Origin: an uncultured virus (IMG/VR IMGVR_UViG_3300014043_000231)
Lineage: Duplodnaviria; Heunggongvirae; Uroviricota; Caudoviricetes
Length of the DNA stretch: 64,000 nucleotides
Direction: 5' to 3' (one strand)
IMG/VR virus record: IMGVR_UViG_3300014043_000231
Shown here: in pieces, positions 39,690 to 50,456 of the stretch
How positions within the stretch are numbered: position 1 is the first letter of the stretch
How the letters are laid out: each line of letters opens with the position of its first letter
The notes under the pieces: generated by a model
What the model saw: only the letters and a program-made list of their open reading frames with translations
Database searches by the model: none
What the model was told of the DNA's origin: nothing
Translations under genes and position numbers: made by a program

Positions 39690-41063
39690 TCATGCGCTGG
39701 GATACGTGTTCACGCGCGACGGATCAAAATGATCAACCTCAATTTTAATTTCCCAATCATACCATGAAATGCGTTCACGAACAGCGCGTTCAATGGCATC
39801 AATGATAACGGTGTCATCAACATGCTCGGAATCATGAATATCAATTTTCATTGTAAGCAGAATGCGATCCTCATCCAAATGCAAACCTTCCACACTGATT
39901 AAACGATTACCATTACCACGATCAATCACATAATCCCCATTATCATCCTTAATGAATGCATTGTTTTCAAATTTACGGGATAGGATTTCATTCGCAATAC
40001 GTTCCACACTATCATAAGTCCGTTCACTCATGCCCTCACCGAGAAGCAAACTTGAAATTTTCCTGCCGAGAACAATGGCTCCGAGAATCAGCAGGACACC
40101 GACAGCCGCGCCACCAGCAGCATCATAAATGTCATCACCTGTAATCAAGGATGCAATGGTTCCAATGAACGCGAACACAAGACCAGTGCATGCGAGAACA
40201 TCCTCCATGATCACACAGGCAAGATCGGATGATTTAGTGCCAGTCCAGAAACGCCATAGGTTGAAATCCTCCGGCTTACCGGAATGAGTGATAATATAAC
40301 GCTCCCTTGCTTCCAGAATAGAATTATGCAATGAATAGGATTCCAGACAGAAGGAAACCACGCAAACAAGAAGAACAATAATGAGATGCCCTGTATCCAC
40401 TGCATGCATGTCCGCTCCTCCTGCGATGATGCTGAACATTTTCCTGAATGCTTCCACAGCGGAATACAATCCACCGACGACGAACAATAGAACGACGACA
40501 AGGAATGATGCGAGATAACGTCCACGGCTGGTACCGAATGGATGTTTACGTGAACGGGTTTTCGATGACATTTTCTTACCGAGAACAAGCGTGACCTCAT
40601 TGAACGTATCCGCGAATGAATGCACTGCCTCTGACATCATTGACGCAGATGCCGTAATCATGGCGACAATGAGCTTAATAAGGAAAATACCGAGATTCGC
40701 AATGAACGCCCACATGATTGCCTTACCCTCATGTTGTTTCACTGGCTTATCATCATTATTGGAATCATCATTAGCGTTGGATACGGTGCTCACCAGTTTT
40801 TCCTTGAAACCAGTGAATGCATTCTTCCTATTCTTTTTGATTTCAGGAACATGTGGAACGGCGACATGCGTTTTCTTATGTTCGGTATCCACAAGACGCG
40901 CGTCCTGCATGAGTTCCGCGATGCCACCATTATTACCATCCATTTGATGTGAACCGGGAACGGGAACCGGTTTATCCACTGCGGACATCACCGTGGTTTC
41001 AATGCCATCAGTGTTAACATTCTTATCAGTCAAAATATTTTCCTTCCAAAAATCCTTATGCAA
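39690..41063 (-). CDS. cation diffusion facilitator (CDF) transporter
   Basis: ANLGIFLIK, SEAVHSFADTFN, HPFG, IMED, six TM helices, cytoplasmic C-terminal domain. Confidence 0.88.
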   Translation of the reverse strand: MHKDFWKENILTDKNVNTDGIETTVMSAVDKPVPVPGSHQMDGNNGGIAELMQDARLVDTEHKKTHVAVPHVPEIKKNRKNAFTGFKEKLVSTVSNANDDSNNDDKPVKQHEGKAIMWAFIANLGIFLIKLIVAMITASASMMSEAVHSFADTFNEVTLVLGKKMSSKTRSRKHPFGTSRGRYLASFLVVVLLFVVGGLYSAVEAFRKMFSIIAGGADMHAVDTGHLIIVLLVCVVSFCLESYSLHNSILEARERYIITHSGKPEDFNLWRFWTGTKSSDLACVIMEDVLACTGLVFAFIGTIASLITGDDIYDAAGGAAVGVLLILGAIVLGRKISSLLLGEGMSERTYDSVERIANEILSRKFENNAFIKDDNGDYVIDRGNGNRLISVEGLHLDEDRILLTMKIDIHDSEHVDDTVIIDAIERAVRERISWYDWEIKIEVDHFDPSRVNTYPSA

Positions 41064-41326
41064 TCATGTTAACATATAATCATCAATCATTCAAATCAGC
41101 ATGCCGTCATGCTGGAAAAATAATCAGCAAAAATAGTGGAACCGAATGAATTGCACATCAGGTTCCTGAACTTTCCAAATCAAGCCATGATCATCATGGT
41201 GTTATCAATAATATCATATAAATTAATAAGCGCGGAACCGACAGTGGATTGGTTCCGCGCTTATAATGTTCCGACAATAATGGAACAATATGATAATATC
41301 ATGCGCGGAACACCATCATGATTCCA

Positions 41327-41497
41327 TTATTGTTGCCATGAATTCAATGCAATCAAACCACTGATGATAAGCACAGTGATAATCACCGCGAGAATGCATG
41401 GAATCCAATTATTCGTGATGATTCCAGTGAATACAGTGATTCCAATCGTGAGAACACTGGCTATCATGAGAAGGATACTGATGATGCGCCTCAGCAT
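41327..41497 (-). CDS. small membrane protein (56 aa, not in ORF track)
   Basis: MLRRIISILLMIASVLTIGITVFTGIITNNWIPCILAVIITVLIISGLIALNSWQQ; start overlaps the yqeY stop. Confidence 0.65.
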   Translation of the reverse strand: MLRRIISILLMIASVLTIGITVFTGIITNNWIPCILAVIITVLIISGLIALNSWQQ

Positions 41498-41997
41498 TAT
41501 GCGAGCCGTGCTTTCACTGTTTTGCTGACAGCGCTCATATCCACAAGCAGATTCTTATAATCATCCGTTCTGATGATTCCGCGAACAGCGCTCATGACTG
41601 TTCCCATGTCCCGGATAGTTGACGCGCCAGTTTCCTTGATGGCAGTGTCCACAATGCCGTCAATTTGTTCCTGTGATGCGCTTGCAGGCAGATACTTACG
41701 TAAAACATCAGCCTCATTGCGTTCAATGAGTGCATGAGCACGAGCACGTTCAACCGCATCCTTATCAGCTGTGATTTCACCGTTCACAATGCGTTCATAT
41801 TCCGCCGCGTTTGTTTCACGTTCCTTAACCGCTTTACTGATGATTGCAATGATGACATTATCATCATTCACATTCTTGCCGTCGATTCGCGCGTTATCAA
41901 TGACAGCGAGAACTGAACGCAATACTGTTTTCAATTCATCATCATGTGATTTCATCGCGGTTTTCAAATCAGCTTTAATCATGTCAAATAGTGCCAT
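41497..41997 (-). CDS. yqeY: GatB/YqeY domain protein
   Basis: IKADLKTAMKS...LRSV...E..VLRKYLP...GASTIRDMGTVM. Confidence 0.9.
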   Translation of the reverse strand: MALFDMIKADLKTAMKSHDDELKTVLRSVLAVIDNARIDGKNVNDDNVIIAIISKAVKERETNAAEYERIVNGEITADKDAVERARAHALIERNEADVLRKYLPASASQEQIDGIVDTAIKETGASTIRDMGTVMSAVRGIIRTDDYKNLLVDMSAVSKTVKARLA

Positions 41998-42174
41998 CTT
42001 CTATTTTCCTTTCAAAAAATCAATGTTATATTCTCATATTAACATATGCACGCATGATTTGTCAAACAAAATTTCATGGAAATAAAAAGAGAATGAATCC
42101 ATGGATGCAGCGAGTTCATTCCCGTTTGCTTTAATATGATATGGAAGCATTCATCTGATGAACGAGAGATATTT

Positions 42175-42369
42175 TTAATTTTTCAATGATTTAATTGCCT
42201 GTTCAGCGAATTCGGATGTTCTCATGATTTCAATGATATCATCCGGCGTGAAACGAGAGTATCCCTGCGATGATTTTGACGCGAACATTAGGTTATAATC
42301 ATGAGCCGCGATAGTAGCGCAGATTATGCCATTATCATTCTTCATATGATAACATGAGATGCGGGGCAA
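42175..42369 (-). CDS. small hypothetical protein
   Basis: 64-aa ORF; start uncertain. Confidence 0.4.
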   Translation of the reverse strand: MPRISCYHMKNDNGIICATIAAHDYNLMFASKSSQGYSRFTPDDIIEIMRTSEFAEQAIKSLKN

Positions 42370-42378
42370 TCAAATATT

Positions 42379-43446
42379 TCACAGATGAACGAAACGCATG
42401 TTTTTCACGAGACTTGCCGGGAACACACGGCTGAAATACTGTCCATCATATGATGCGCCGCTTTCACTGGTTATAATGTCACCATTTGGCGACACGTATT
42501 CAACTACCGCGACATGACCATAATAACCATCGGAACCATATGAACCAGCCGGGAATGACACTATATCCCCCGGTAATGGATTGCCAATGGATGTCCAATA
42601 ACCAAGCGAATTACCGGAATCATACCACATGCGTCCATCACCCATATGCGAACCGGCAGGCAAACCCAGTTGATGTCTGCGAACATACGTCCACCATGTA
42701 CATTGACTGAATGAATACGCATTACCGGAATCGCCGGTGTCATGATTCGCGTTCCAACCGGATGGTTTACTGGCGGCATTGTAAGCAAGCATTGCCTCAG
42801 CATTATCCAATGTGAGCGGTATGCCATTCACACCGAGCCATGTTGGTGCATCCGGTTTGGAAGCGACGGCCTTATCAACTATTGCCTGCTTATCCTTATT
42901 CCTGTTCGCAATGTTTTCAATTGTGCGTTCACGAGCAGATTTCGTTTCAGGAACATCCAATGATTCCACGCCGCCCCAGGATACATTCTCCTCTGATGTT
43001 ACACTCATAGCGGAACCATCAGTTTCAACACCGTTGTTCTTCTCCGTGAGAACATCACGGGAACCGCTTCTACTTGCAGCCGTGGACACATCATAACCTA
43101 CAATAGGTTGCACGGATTTTGTTTTCATTGGATTCGTGTAATCAATATTCCCTGCTATGACGGCACTTCCGGCTGTCATCACGCCAATGAGCATGAACGG
43201 GATTGCCTTGCGTCCAGTTGCATCCAATGCTTTCACTGCAAGCATATCACCTGAACCATGTTTTGATGTTGACTTGCGCATGAGTTTCATTGGATTGCCA
43301 TATTTGGTTTTATTCATCGCATGTTTGCTCTTACAGGCATGTTTCGCCATGAGTTGCCGTTTGCCCTTTCTGATTGGATGCAAATCATCCAATCCGTTCC
43401 TTTTCACGCAAAACGGCATTGGATTCATTTTGTCCAATGCCGTCAT
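42379..43446 (-). CDS. secreted CHAP-domain cell wall hydrolase
   Basis: GNAYSFSQCTWW...MGDG..W...YGHVAVVE...SES; WGGVESLDVP motif; start uncertain. Confidence 0.92.
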   Translation of the reverse strand: MTALDKMNPMPFCVKRNGLDDLHPIRKGKRQLMAKHACKSKHAMNKTKYGNPMKLMRKSTSKHGSGDMLAVKALDATGRKAIPFMLIGVMTAGSAVIAGNIDYTNPMKTKSVQPIVGYDVSTAASRSGSRDVLTEKNNGVETDGSAMSVTSEENVSWGGVESLDVPETKSARERTIENIANRNKDKQAIVDKAVASKPDAPTWLGVNGIPLTLDNAEAMLAYNAASKPSGWNANHDTGDSGNAYSFSQCTWWTYVRRHQLGLPAGSHMGDGRMWYDSGNSLGYWTSIGNPLPGDIVSFPAGSYGSDGYYGHVAVVEYVSPNGDIITSESGASYDGQYFSRVFPASLVKNMRFVHL

Positions 43447-43480
43447 TGCATATCATCGCTTAATCATAATATCAATGATA

Positions 43481-43744
43481 TCACATGATACCGAAAATGG
43501 AACTGAGATACCACACGCCCGCCGTAAGCATGAAAGCACCGATGGCAGCGGAACCAGTCGCGCCGAGTGCAAGCAACCATCTGGAATACCATTTGATATC
43601 CCTGAATTCAGGATCCGCAATCGCGGCAACTGCGATCTTACCGAAATACAGAACGGAACAGGCACCGGCAAGAATACCAATGGCGGCAAGCGGAACAAGA
43701 ATCAACATGCTTAAAAACTGCATTTCCAATCGAACCTTTCTCAT
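43481..43744 (-). CDS. small membrane protein
   Basis: Two hydrophobic helices. Confidence 0.6.
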   Translation of the reverse strand: MRKVRLEMQFLSMLILVPLAAIGILAGACSVLYFGKIAVAAIADPEFRDIKWYSRWLLALGATGSAAIGAFMLTAGVWYLSSIFGIM

Positions 43745-43808
43745 TTGTTAAGCTTATTAGCAATTATACCAATCCTCAACAGAAAGTCAAATCGGCGTGT
43801 CGCGATAA

Positions 43809-44258
43809 TCAATTCATGCGTTCATTATAATCAGTGAGGTTCACCGGCATGGTGAACCTGTTAACATGCACATATGAATCCGGACGAACCTGGAATAATT
43901 CAGGTTTGGATTCAATGCATTCATCGCAAATGACAACGCATAGAATATTGCCATGGTTATCACCGAATGGTTCCTCATCCCATGCCGTGGAACCATATTC
44001 ACCGTTACTCATAAGTTCAACGCCGCCATCCACGTTTGCGCTCACACCACAACCTGGCATGACTTTAAGCATTCTGCCGCAAATGACACATGGCCGGTCA
44101 AATGACAAATCCTTCTCCTCTATCCGCCCATGCCTGTTCGTTAACCTGCTGAAAATAGTTTCATCCATGACATCAATGATATCATATGATCCTGCTATGA
44201 CAGCACTGCATGCTGGTTTCATATCCCTTTCATGAATATTCGCCTTCCATGTGTCCAA
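43809..44258 (-). CDS. hypothetical protein with CxxC...CxxC
   Basis: CVICG...GEYGST..D...VICDEC. Confidence 0.6.
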   Translation of the reverse strand: MDTWKANIHERDMKPACSAVIAGSYDIIDVMDETIFSRLTNRHGRIEEKDLSFDRPCVICGRMLKVMPGCGVSANVDGGVELMSNGEYGSTAWDEEPFGDNHGNILCVVICDECIESKPELFQVRPDSYVHVNRFTMPVNLTDYNERMN

Positions 44259-44389
44259 TTTGCGAACATGTAAACATGCCCGCTAATCCACATTATATCA
44301 ATTAACTAACACAATATGATTATTCAATGAATACATTAAACCGGATTATTCATTTAACGCTATTAGAATTTGATTAACGATAAATGTAT

Positions 44390-44869
44390 TTAATCCCAGC
44401 ATGGTATACTGTCATCAATAATATTATGATGATACTTCCATCTGCGGACGCCATCCGTGATACAATACATGATGAAACAAACAATAATGATAATCACTGT
44501 TAACCAGAATGGCAACTCATGATGATGCAGCCATTTTTTCGTTCCATCACCATTCGCATACATTCCCAGAAACGGCAACGCATAAATGAGAATGTTCGCT
44601 ATCAATAATGGAATGAGATTCCAATGTGGTTTCCCATACCAATCGATTTTATGCAAACGATGGAACCATGCACACAGATTCAACAGTATGATTCCCGTTA
44701 TGATGGTGATTGTCTGCGCCATGACAATCCTGATATCCGCCATCATTGATTCGCTTGATGATGATATGAAACCAATAATGTAAAACAAGGATAATGATAT
44801 GAATCCCATTATCCCTGTCATGTTCCGTGCTGTCCTCATGTTAACAATGATATCATCATGCTTCATCAA
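44390..44869 (-). CDS. membrane protein
   Basis: Four hydrophobic helices. Confidence 0.65.
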   Translation of the reverse strand: MMKHDDIIVNMRTARNMTGIMGFISLSLFYIIGFISSSSESMMADIRIVMAQTITIITGIILLNLCAWFHRLHKIDWYGKPHWNLIPLLIANILIYALPFLGMYANGDGTKKWLHHHELPFWLTVIIIIVCFIMYCITDGVRRWKYHHNIIDDSIPCWD

Positions 44870-45200
44870 TCAGATCGAAATCATCATCATAATAAGATAA
44901 ACCATCAACATCAGTCCTTGCGAATGCAATCACTTGAACATCTGAATCCAATGCATCCCTCAAATCATCCAAATCATCATCAGTGATTTCAATTATCACC
45001 ACATCATAATCATCCAATCTCACATCCATAATGGATTCAATGGTTTCACCATAATCCATCCATGTTGATGAATCATCACTGATTATCACATATGATTCAT
45101 CATGCCTGTCCAATGCGTCAATGAGTTCAATCACACGCCCTGCGACATCATAGCCTGTTAACAGTATGTTCCCGTCAATCATGCTCATGACCGGTATCAT
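44856..45200 (-). CDS. acidic hypothetical protein
   Basis: 114 aa with AAAGGA RBS. Confidence 0.6.
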   Translation of the reverse strand: MIPVMSMIDGNILLTGYDVAGRVIELIDALDRHDESYVIISDDSSTWMDYGETIESIMDVRLDDYDVVIIEITDDDLDDLRDALDSDVQVIAFARTDVDGLSYYDDDFDLIDEA

Positions 45201-45247
45201 TCATCCTTTCATCAGAATGGTTGATTATTTCTGACATGCAATATATA

Positions 45248-45709
45248 TCATGATTCCAATGAATCCATTGGAACATCAATGATTGTTGATTTATTCCTGC
45301 CTTCATCAATCATGAAAACCATTGTCCTCTCATCCCATGCGCCTGGCGTGAAACCATGATTATTGATTGCATTGAATACAATTTCTTTGATTTCATCGCT
45401 TGTCTTATCATAATCACGGAACAGTATCACATTCGGTTTATCGGATTCCAATGCATCATCCGTTTTAATGAGATTCTCCTGTTTGATTGGTTTAGGTTCC
45501 GGCAGCTTATCGCCGCTTCCCGCCATTTCCTCCACTGTCGGATGTTTCACAAGATGAACATCAACCGCGTTCATTCCCTTACCCATGACGAAACCGAGCA
45601 TTTTAGAAACCTGCCTATCATTAATTTCAGGCATCCAAATACGCATGAGCACACTGGAACCACGTCCTTTCATTGATTTGACCTGTGAAATTACCGTGAA
45701 TAAACCCAT
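45248..45709 (-). CDS. hypothetical protein
   Basis: 153 aa with GGAGG RBS. Confidence 0.7.
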   Translation of the reverse strand: MGLFTVISQVKSMKGRGSSVLMRIWMPEINDRQVSKMLGFVMGKGMNAVDVHLVKHPTVEEMAGSGDKLPEPKPIKQENLIKTDDALESDKPNVILFRDYDKTSDEIKEIVFNAINNHGFTPGAWDERTMVFMIDEGRNKSTIIDVPMDSLES

Positions 45710-45834
45710 TTTATTGAAACCTCCCGTTTCCTTTTCTGATTACATCAAATATCATGCGCACAATATTATCATATGATGATAACCGGATGGAAAATCAAAT
45801 CCGGTTATCAATTCATGTTAACATGAATACATTA

Positions 45835-47526
45835 TCATTCAGCGTGATCATGTTTCGCAAGGCGACGCGCCGCTGTGTTCCGTACTGATTTCATACTGGC
45901 ATTATCCGCAATGCGCCGCAAATCAGATTCCGTGAATCCGCCTGATTTCACAAGCTCGTTCTGAACCTTCCAATTCTTAGCATTACTGAACACATCATGC
46001 AGTGTTTTCCTGTCATATGAACCGGCATGCTGCTTAGCGAAATCCAATGCGTATTTCGAATCGGACGCCGCGATGCGAGCGGATGCGTCCAATGGAACCA
46101 CCGTTGCGAAACCTTTAGAATCCGTATGTCCTGTTCCATCATATACACGCAATCCTGATTTATCAATCTCATAATTCGTCGGCATTTCATTAATCGCGTT
46201 AACATAATCATCCGTCGTGAGTTTCCCATGCCGTCCGAGTGAATACAATGCCTGCACTCTATCCTCTGGCGTTGAATCCTTATAATGCAGTATTGTCATG
46301 CTCATATCATCAGTAACACGCCCTGCATTATAAGCCATTCTGCGCCATTCAGGATTCTGGTCTTTCATGACACGCTCATGCAGAATATCATCACTGACTT
46401 TACCGGCAAGACACGCCGTCGTATCAGAATACCATGGTTTATCAGGCGCATGATAATGCCGTGCGAGAGCATCAGCCTGAGAACGAGTCAAACGCTCATC
46501 ATAAGCCATGACTGCCACTCCCTCCTGAACCGCATCCATTTCACGTGGATTATAATCATGTGAAATCATGTGCGCAATGAGTTCATTACGTTGAACATCA
46601 TTCATTTTATCCAATTCATGCCCGCCATCGAATAAATCTTTCATTTGATCATAATCATTCCAATCCAATGAATTCATTATCAATGATGATTTCAAATTGG
46701 AAACCTCATTGAATTTCAACCTGTCATCCGAATAATCATAATAACCATTATTGCTTCCACGCATTATAGAATAAGCAACCTCGCTTTTGAACCGAGGATT
46801 CATGCTGGCATCAGACATTACCCGGAATGACATTTCATCATTCAAGGATGTGATTTTAGCAAGCACCTGACGATTGGAATCATCCAATTCATTCGCTTTC
46901 AACCTCATTGCATTCAAATCACCGGATGACACGAGTGTTTTCATTGAATCCATCGCATCCATCCGTTCAATATGCCTACGGACATTATCCGACGCATAAT
47001 CTTTCAAGCCGAGACGGCGAATATCGGCAATTCCATGAGTGGAAGTGGATTCAATCCTGTCCGCAAGTTCCTTGCGGATGGAACCATCAGGATCATTCAA
47101 ATGAATCGGTTCGTTCATGCTCGCACGTAACCTGTCCGCCATGATGTCAGCATCACTGGAACCACCCTCCCAGTCCGGATCATAATAGGACCATGCAACC
47201 GCAAGTTCCCTATCATCGCTCTCCCCTGGTTTCACTGGACGCATTGCGCTCATGATATCAGCATTACCTGACAGTATCATGTCGGTTTGACTGGAACCGA
47301 AATCATTATCAGCACGCATTTTGCTCTCAAATGATTTCACATCTATTCCCAGTGAACCATTGCCGTTAATGTTCGCATTGCATTCAGCGGCTTCCTCCGG
47401 TGCCATGCTGGCATGTGAACCTTTCACATGATACGGGCAAATATCCTTATTCCTGGCATGGCATTCCGTGTATTGCCCCTTATATTTTCCTTTCAACGCA
47501 ATACCATAAGTCCCAGCGTCCGCCAT
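45835..47526 (-). CDS. hypothetical protein with N-terminal CHAR..CP.H tag and helical-repeat-like C-terminus
   Basis: KGQYTECHARNKDICPYHVKGSH; GGAAGGA RBS. Confidence 0.8.
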   Translation of the reverse strand: MADAGTYGIALKGKYKGQYTECHARNKDICPYHVKGSHASMAPEEAAECNANINGNGSLGIDVKSFESKMRADNDFGSSQTDMILSGNADIMSAMRPVKPGESDDRELAVAWSYYDPDWEGGSSDADIMADRLRASMNEPIHLNDPDGSIRKELADRIESTSTHGIADIRRLGLKDYASDNVRRHIERMDAMDSMKTLVSSGDLNAMRLKANELDDSNRQVLAKITSLNDEMSFRVMSDASMNPRFKSEVAYSIMRGSNNGYYDYSDDRLKFNEVSNLKSSLIMNSLDWNDYDQMKDLFDGGHELDKMNDVQRNELIAHMISHDYNPREMDAVQEGVAVMAYDERLTRSQADALARHYHAPDKPWYSDTTACLAGKVSDDILHERVMKDQNPEWRRMAYNAGRVTDDMSMTILHYKDSTPEDRVQALYSLGRHGKLTTDDYVNAINEMPTNYEIDKSGLRVYDGTGHTDSKGFATVVPLDASARIAASDSKYALDFAKQHAGSYDRKTLHDVFSNAKNWKVQNELVKSGGFTESDLRRIADNASMKSVRNTAARRLAKHDHAE

Positions 47527-47595
47527 CATCATTCCTTCCATGAAAAAACAATACATTCAAACGTGTATCTATCGGCATTTTCATAATTGAAAACA

Positions 47596-47640
47596 ATAAT
47601 GGCGCGCATGAATTCATTTGCTTCACATGCGCGCCATTAT
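47596..47640. terminator. terminator hairpin
   Basis: ataatggcgcgcatg...catgcgcgccattat. Confidence 0.7.
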
Positions 47641-47657
47641 AAAAAGAAAAGAGATTA

Positions 47658-48746
47658 TCAATCCGCAGGATACAGATTCAGCATATCCGCGATATCATGA
47701 TATGTTTCCAAACCATTACCGGTCAGTTCATCCTCATTGACTGTCGCGAATTCATCAAACCGGCTCACTGCGACGCTTGCGATTGCTTCCATTGAACGCA
47801 TGAGAACAGAATGCGCAGCGAGATAATTAAACCATTCCGCCATGCCATGCTCATCAATATACTTATCGGATAGAACACTTATAATCACGGCAATTCTACC
47901 GGATGACAGGAAATCAGGATTGGAATGAATCACTGACACCAGTCCATCAATCACCGGCTTACATTTACCATCATAACCACCAGTCCGCATATCCTCCAAA
48001 TAATCGCATGCTGTTTCCAATGAATCCAAACCTGCAATATGATAAGCAAGAACATGATAATATGATGGCGGAATGAAACCCCAGGGAATCATTGATCCTT
48101 GTAATGAGTCCACCAGATTCAATTTACGCCGAACCGTATCATGTTCCCATCCCGTGAATGATTCCAATGCATCCAGATTAACATTAATCACATCATCAAT
48201 CAACTGATTCGCCGGTTTCAGATAATCATCCGTCATCATGCTTGAATAATGATCATCAATAAGGTTAACCACATCACCGACCGGAACCGTGAAATCAGCG
48301 GCGGCAGTCATGATTGCATCGGATGCAAGCAGTGAATACATGTCAACAATTGTTCCCTCCGGCCTCATTGTCGCCCATATCATGACGGATTGAATGACAC
48401 GGGCATACACTGACGGAACCTGAACGACCATGGAATCCGCAATGAGATTCTTATATGTTTTACCGCGCATATTCATGAGCGATTGCTCAATACCGAGATG
48501 TTTCATCCATTCGTTTTTACGCGAAACATACTTATTCACATCAACATGCCTATGATAATCAGATGATGATGCAGGTGATGGATAATCCGGATTCTGTTCA
48601 TCATGCATCCATGACGGCAAATCATTCAACAGGTAAGGATCATGATTAACCGTGCGATGCGGTTCACCATGCAGTTCATCCAGTGAATGATAGAAATCAA
48701 TAATGTCATCAATGATTGCATTGTCATAATAATTATTCGTGTTCAT
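47658..48746 (-). CDS. hypothetical protein
   Basis: Start reassigned to MNTNNYY; the upstream extension reads as non-coding. Confidence 0.7.
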   Translation of the reverse strand: MNTNNYYDNAIIDDIIDFYHSLDELHGEPHRTVNHDPYLLNDLPSWMHDEQNPDYPSPASSSDYHRHVDVNKYVSRKNEWMKHLGIEQSLMNMRGKTYKNLIADSMVVQVPSVYARVIQSVMIWATMRPEGTIVDMYSLLASDAIMTAAADFTVPVGDVVNLIDDHYSSMMTDDYLKPANQLIDDVINVNLDALESFTGWEHDTVRRKLNLVDSLQGSMIPWGFIPPSYYHVLAYHIAGLDSLETACDYLEDMRTGGYDGKCKPVIDGLVSVIHSNPDFLSSGRIAVIISVLSDKYIDEHGMAEWFNYLAAHSVLMRSMEAIASVAVSRFDEFATVNEDELTGNGLETYHDIADMLNLYPAD

Positions 48747-48963
48747 AATTAAGACAATATTATAAAACAACGAACCTGTCAAATCATGATTATTCCCCTT
48801 GTGCTGTCGCCGCCGGTTGTGGTATTTCATCAGGCTAATGCTCATGGACACATGTAAACGTGATGGAACCATGAACCAGTGACAGACGGATGACGCGCGG
48901 CGGTGAATGGAACCAGTCATGATGGCGCACCGCTCGTGCGTGTGATACACTCATCCGAAAATC

Positions 48964-49926
48964 CACACGGGTACTCCCTGCTTGCTTTCAGGTGAACCAG
49001 GTTAAAAGAAGTTTTCAGAACATGATATTTTCATGCAAAAAACAGCCGGTATAATATTCTGCCGATTCGTAATTAATTATAATTCTTAAAAGCTATTGAA
49101 TAATCATAATTGTTCCAACAGGATTTTCAGCATAGCCATGCTTTAAGTATTCCTATGAACATGAATTCATGCATGCAAAAACACTATTATCGTCATGCCG
49201 CTTTAAAGATAACCCATGTTTAAAAATAGGAATTGTCATGACACTGTTTTCATGATAAAATATTCTTATTTTTGAATCCATTGCCATCATTTTGATTGAA
49301 TTATCGCTTTCAGGTGAACCAGTGCGTTTTCAATCTATTGTCAACTTGTTCCCGCTTTCAGGTGAACCAGTTGGAAAACAATAATTGCATGATATTTTCA
49401 TATGCATTCAGTATGTTCCCCGCTTTCAGGTGAACCAGCATTTGAAATCAATTAGAATAACGCTATGAAATCATGTGAATTCAGGGTGATATTAGTGTTA
49501 TCATGATTAATGGCTGTTTTTTCAGGATGCTTTCAGCATGCCGCTCCGGAGCACGATAACAGCGCGATTTCAATATGAAAATGTGAAATATTTTAATGCT
49601 GAAAATCCGTATATTTCGACACCGGTGTAATCAGGACATATTTCAGCATATTTTCGCGTTAATAAAAATCAGTGAAAATCGATGCCGTCCACAGAGCCCG
49701 TAATATTGCGCTCTGTGGACGGCTGTTTTAACCGGAATCACGGTAAACCCTGTTTTCGATGCGTTTCTCATAAAACATATAGAATCGCCGTCAGAATTGA
49801 AAGGAGAGTTTTCCTGATAATGCGAAAAATCCCCATGAACACTACGAACAACGCATCATCCGGAACTCTTGAAAATGGCTTTTTTGACCTGGTTCACCTG
49901 AAAGCAAGCAGGGAGTACCCTCGTGT
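48964..49926. repeat. long inverted repeat enclosing 17-bp direct repeats (origin/iteron-like region)
   Basis: GCTTTCAGGTGAACCAG at 48984, 49306, 49354, 49422 and inverted at 49889-49905; arm gggtactccctgcttgctttcaggtgaaccaggt perfectly inverted. Confidence 0.85.
49669..49802 (-). repeat. ~134-bp dispersed structured repeat, copy C (inverted)
   Basis: Reverse complement of the 53306-53437 and 16761-16894 element. Confidence 0.85.
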
Positions 49927-50141
49927 GAGTTTCAGAGTGAGCATGCGGCAAGCGAAGCAAGTGTGGACTGTGCGACCATACCATCACCGTGCTCTGGCAA
50001 TTGTTATCGGTGTTCTCATGTGTACAGCGGAATACAAGTATGATTACACTATGAGAACATTCACATGAGCGGCATGTGACGGCGGCGATTCTTTTTTGAA
50101 AACCTATGCGAACATGTCATCATGTGTTCTCATAGTTCGCA

Positions 50142-50456
50142 TTATAATAATCCGCCGATGAGTCCAATGCCACCCAGATTCACAAGCATACGTTTTTCCA
50201 ATGGAAGCGTTTGTATTTTGATTTCAATGAGTGGCATCATGAGCGCTGGCGCTGGTTCACGGGTATCATCATCCTTACCATATATGATGCGCATAAGCGC
50301 GATTATCGCAGTTGCTTTCATGCCATTATCAATGTCATCGGCATCATAACCGAAATCCATGATTCCATCGCGCCAATCATCCAGCATTTCATCCAGTTGA
50401 GTGCGTCCACCTGTCTGGCTTGCATATGCTTTAACAGCCGTGTCAAACTCATTCAA
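50142..50456 (-). CDS. hypothetical protein
   Basis: 104-aa ORF. Confidence 0.55.
   Translation of the reverse strand: MNEFDTAVKAYASQTGGRTQLDEMLDDWRDGIMDFGYDADDIDNGMKATAIIALMRIIYGKDDDTREPAPALMMPLIEIKIQTLPLEKRMLVNLGGIGLIGGLL

Noticed and set aside
49306..49438. GCTTTCAGGTGAACCAG repeats as a type I-E CRISPR array (TGTTCCCCGC start resembles I-E repeats)
   Set aside because: No internal palindrome, irregular periods (48 and 68 bp) and one inverted copy; better explained as protein-binding iterons
49682..50068. 128-aa ORF, and the 5' extension of ORF 47658-48950
   Set aside because: They overlap repeat and inverted-repeat DNA and have non-protein-like composition
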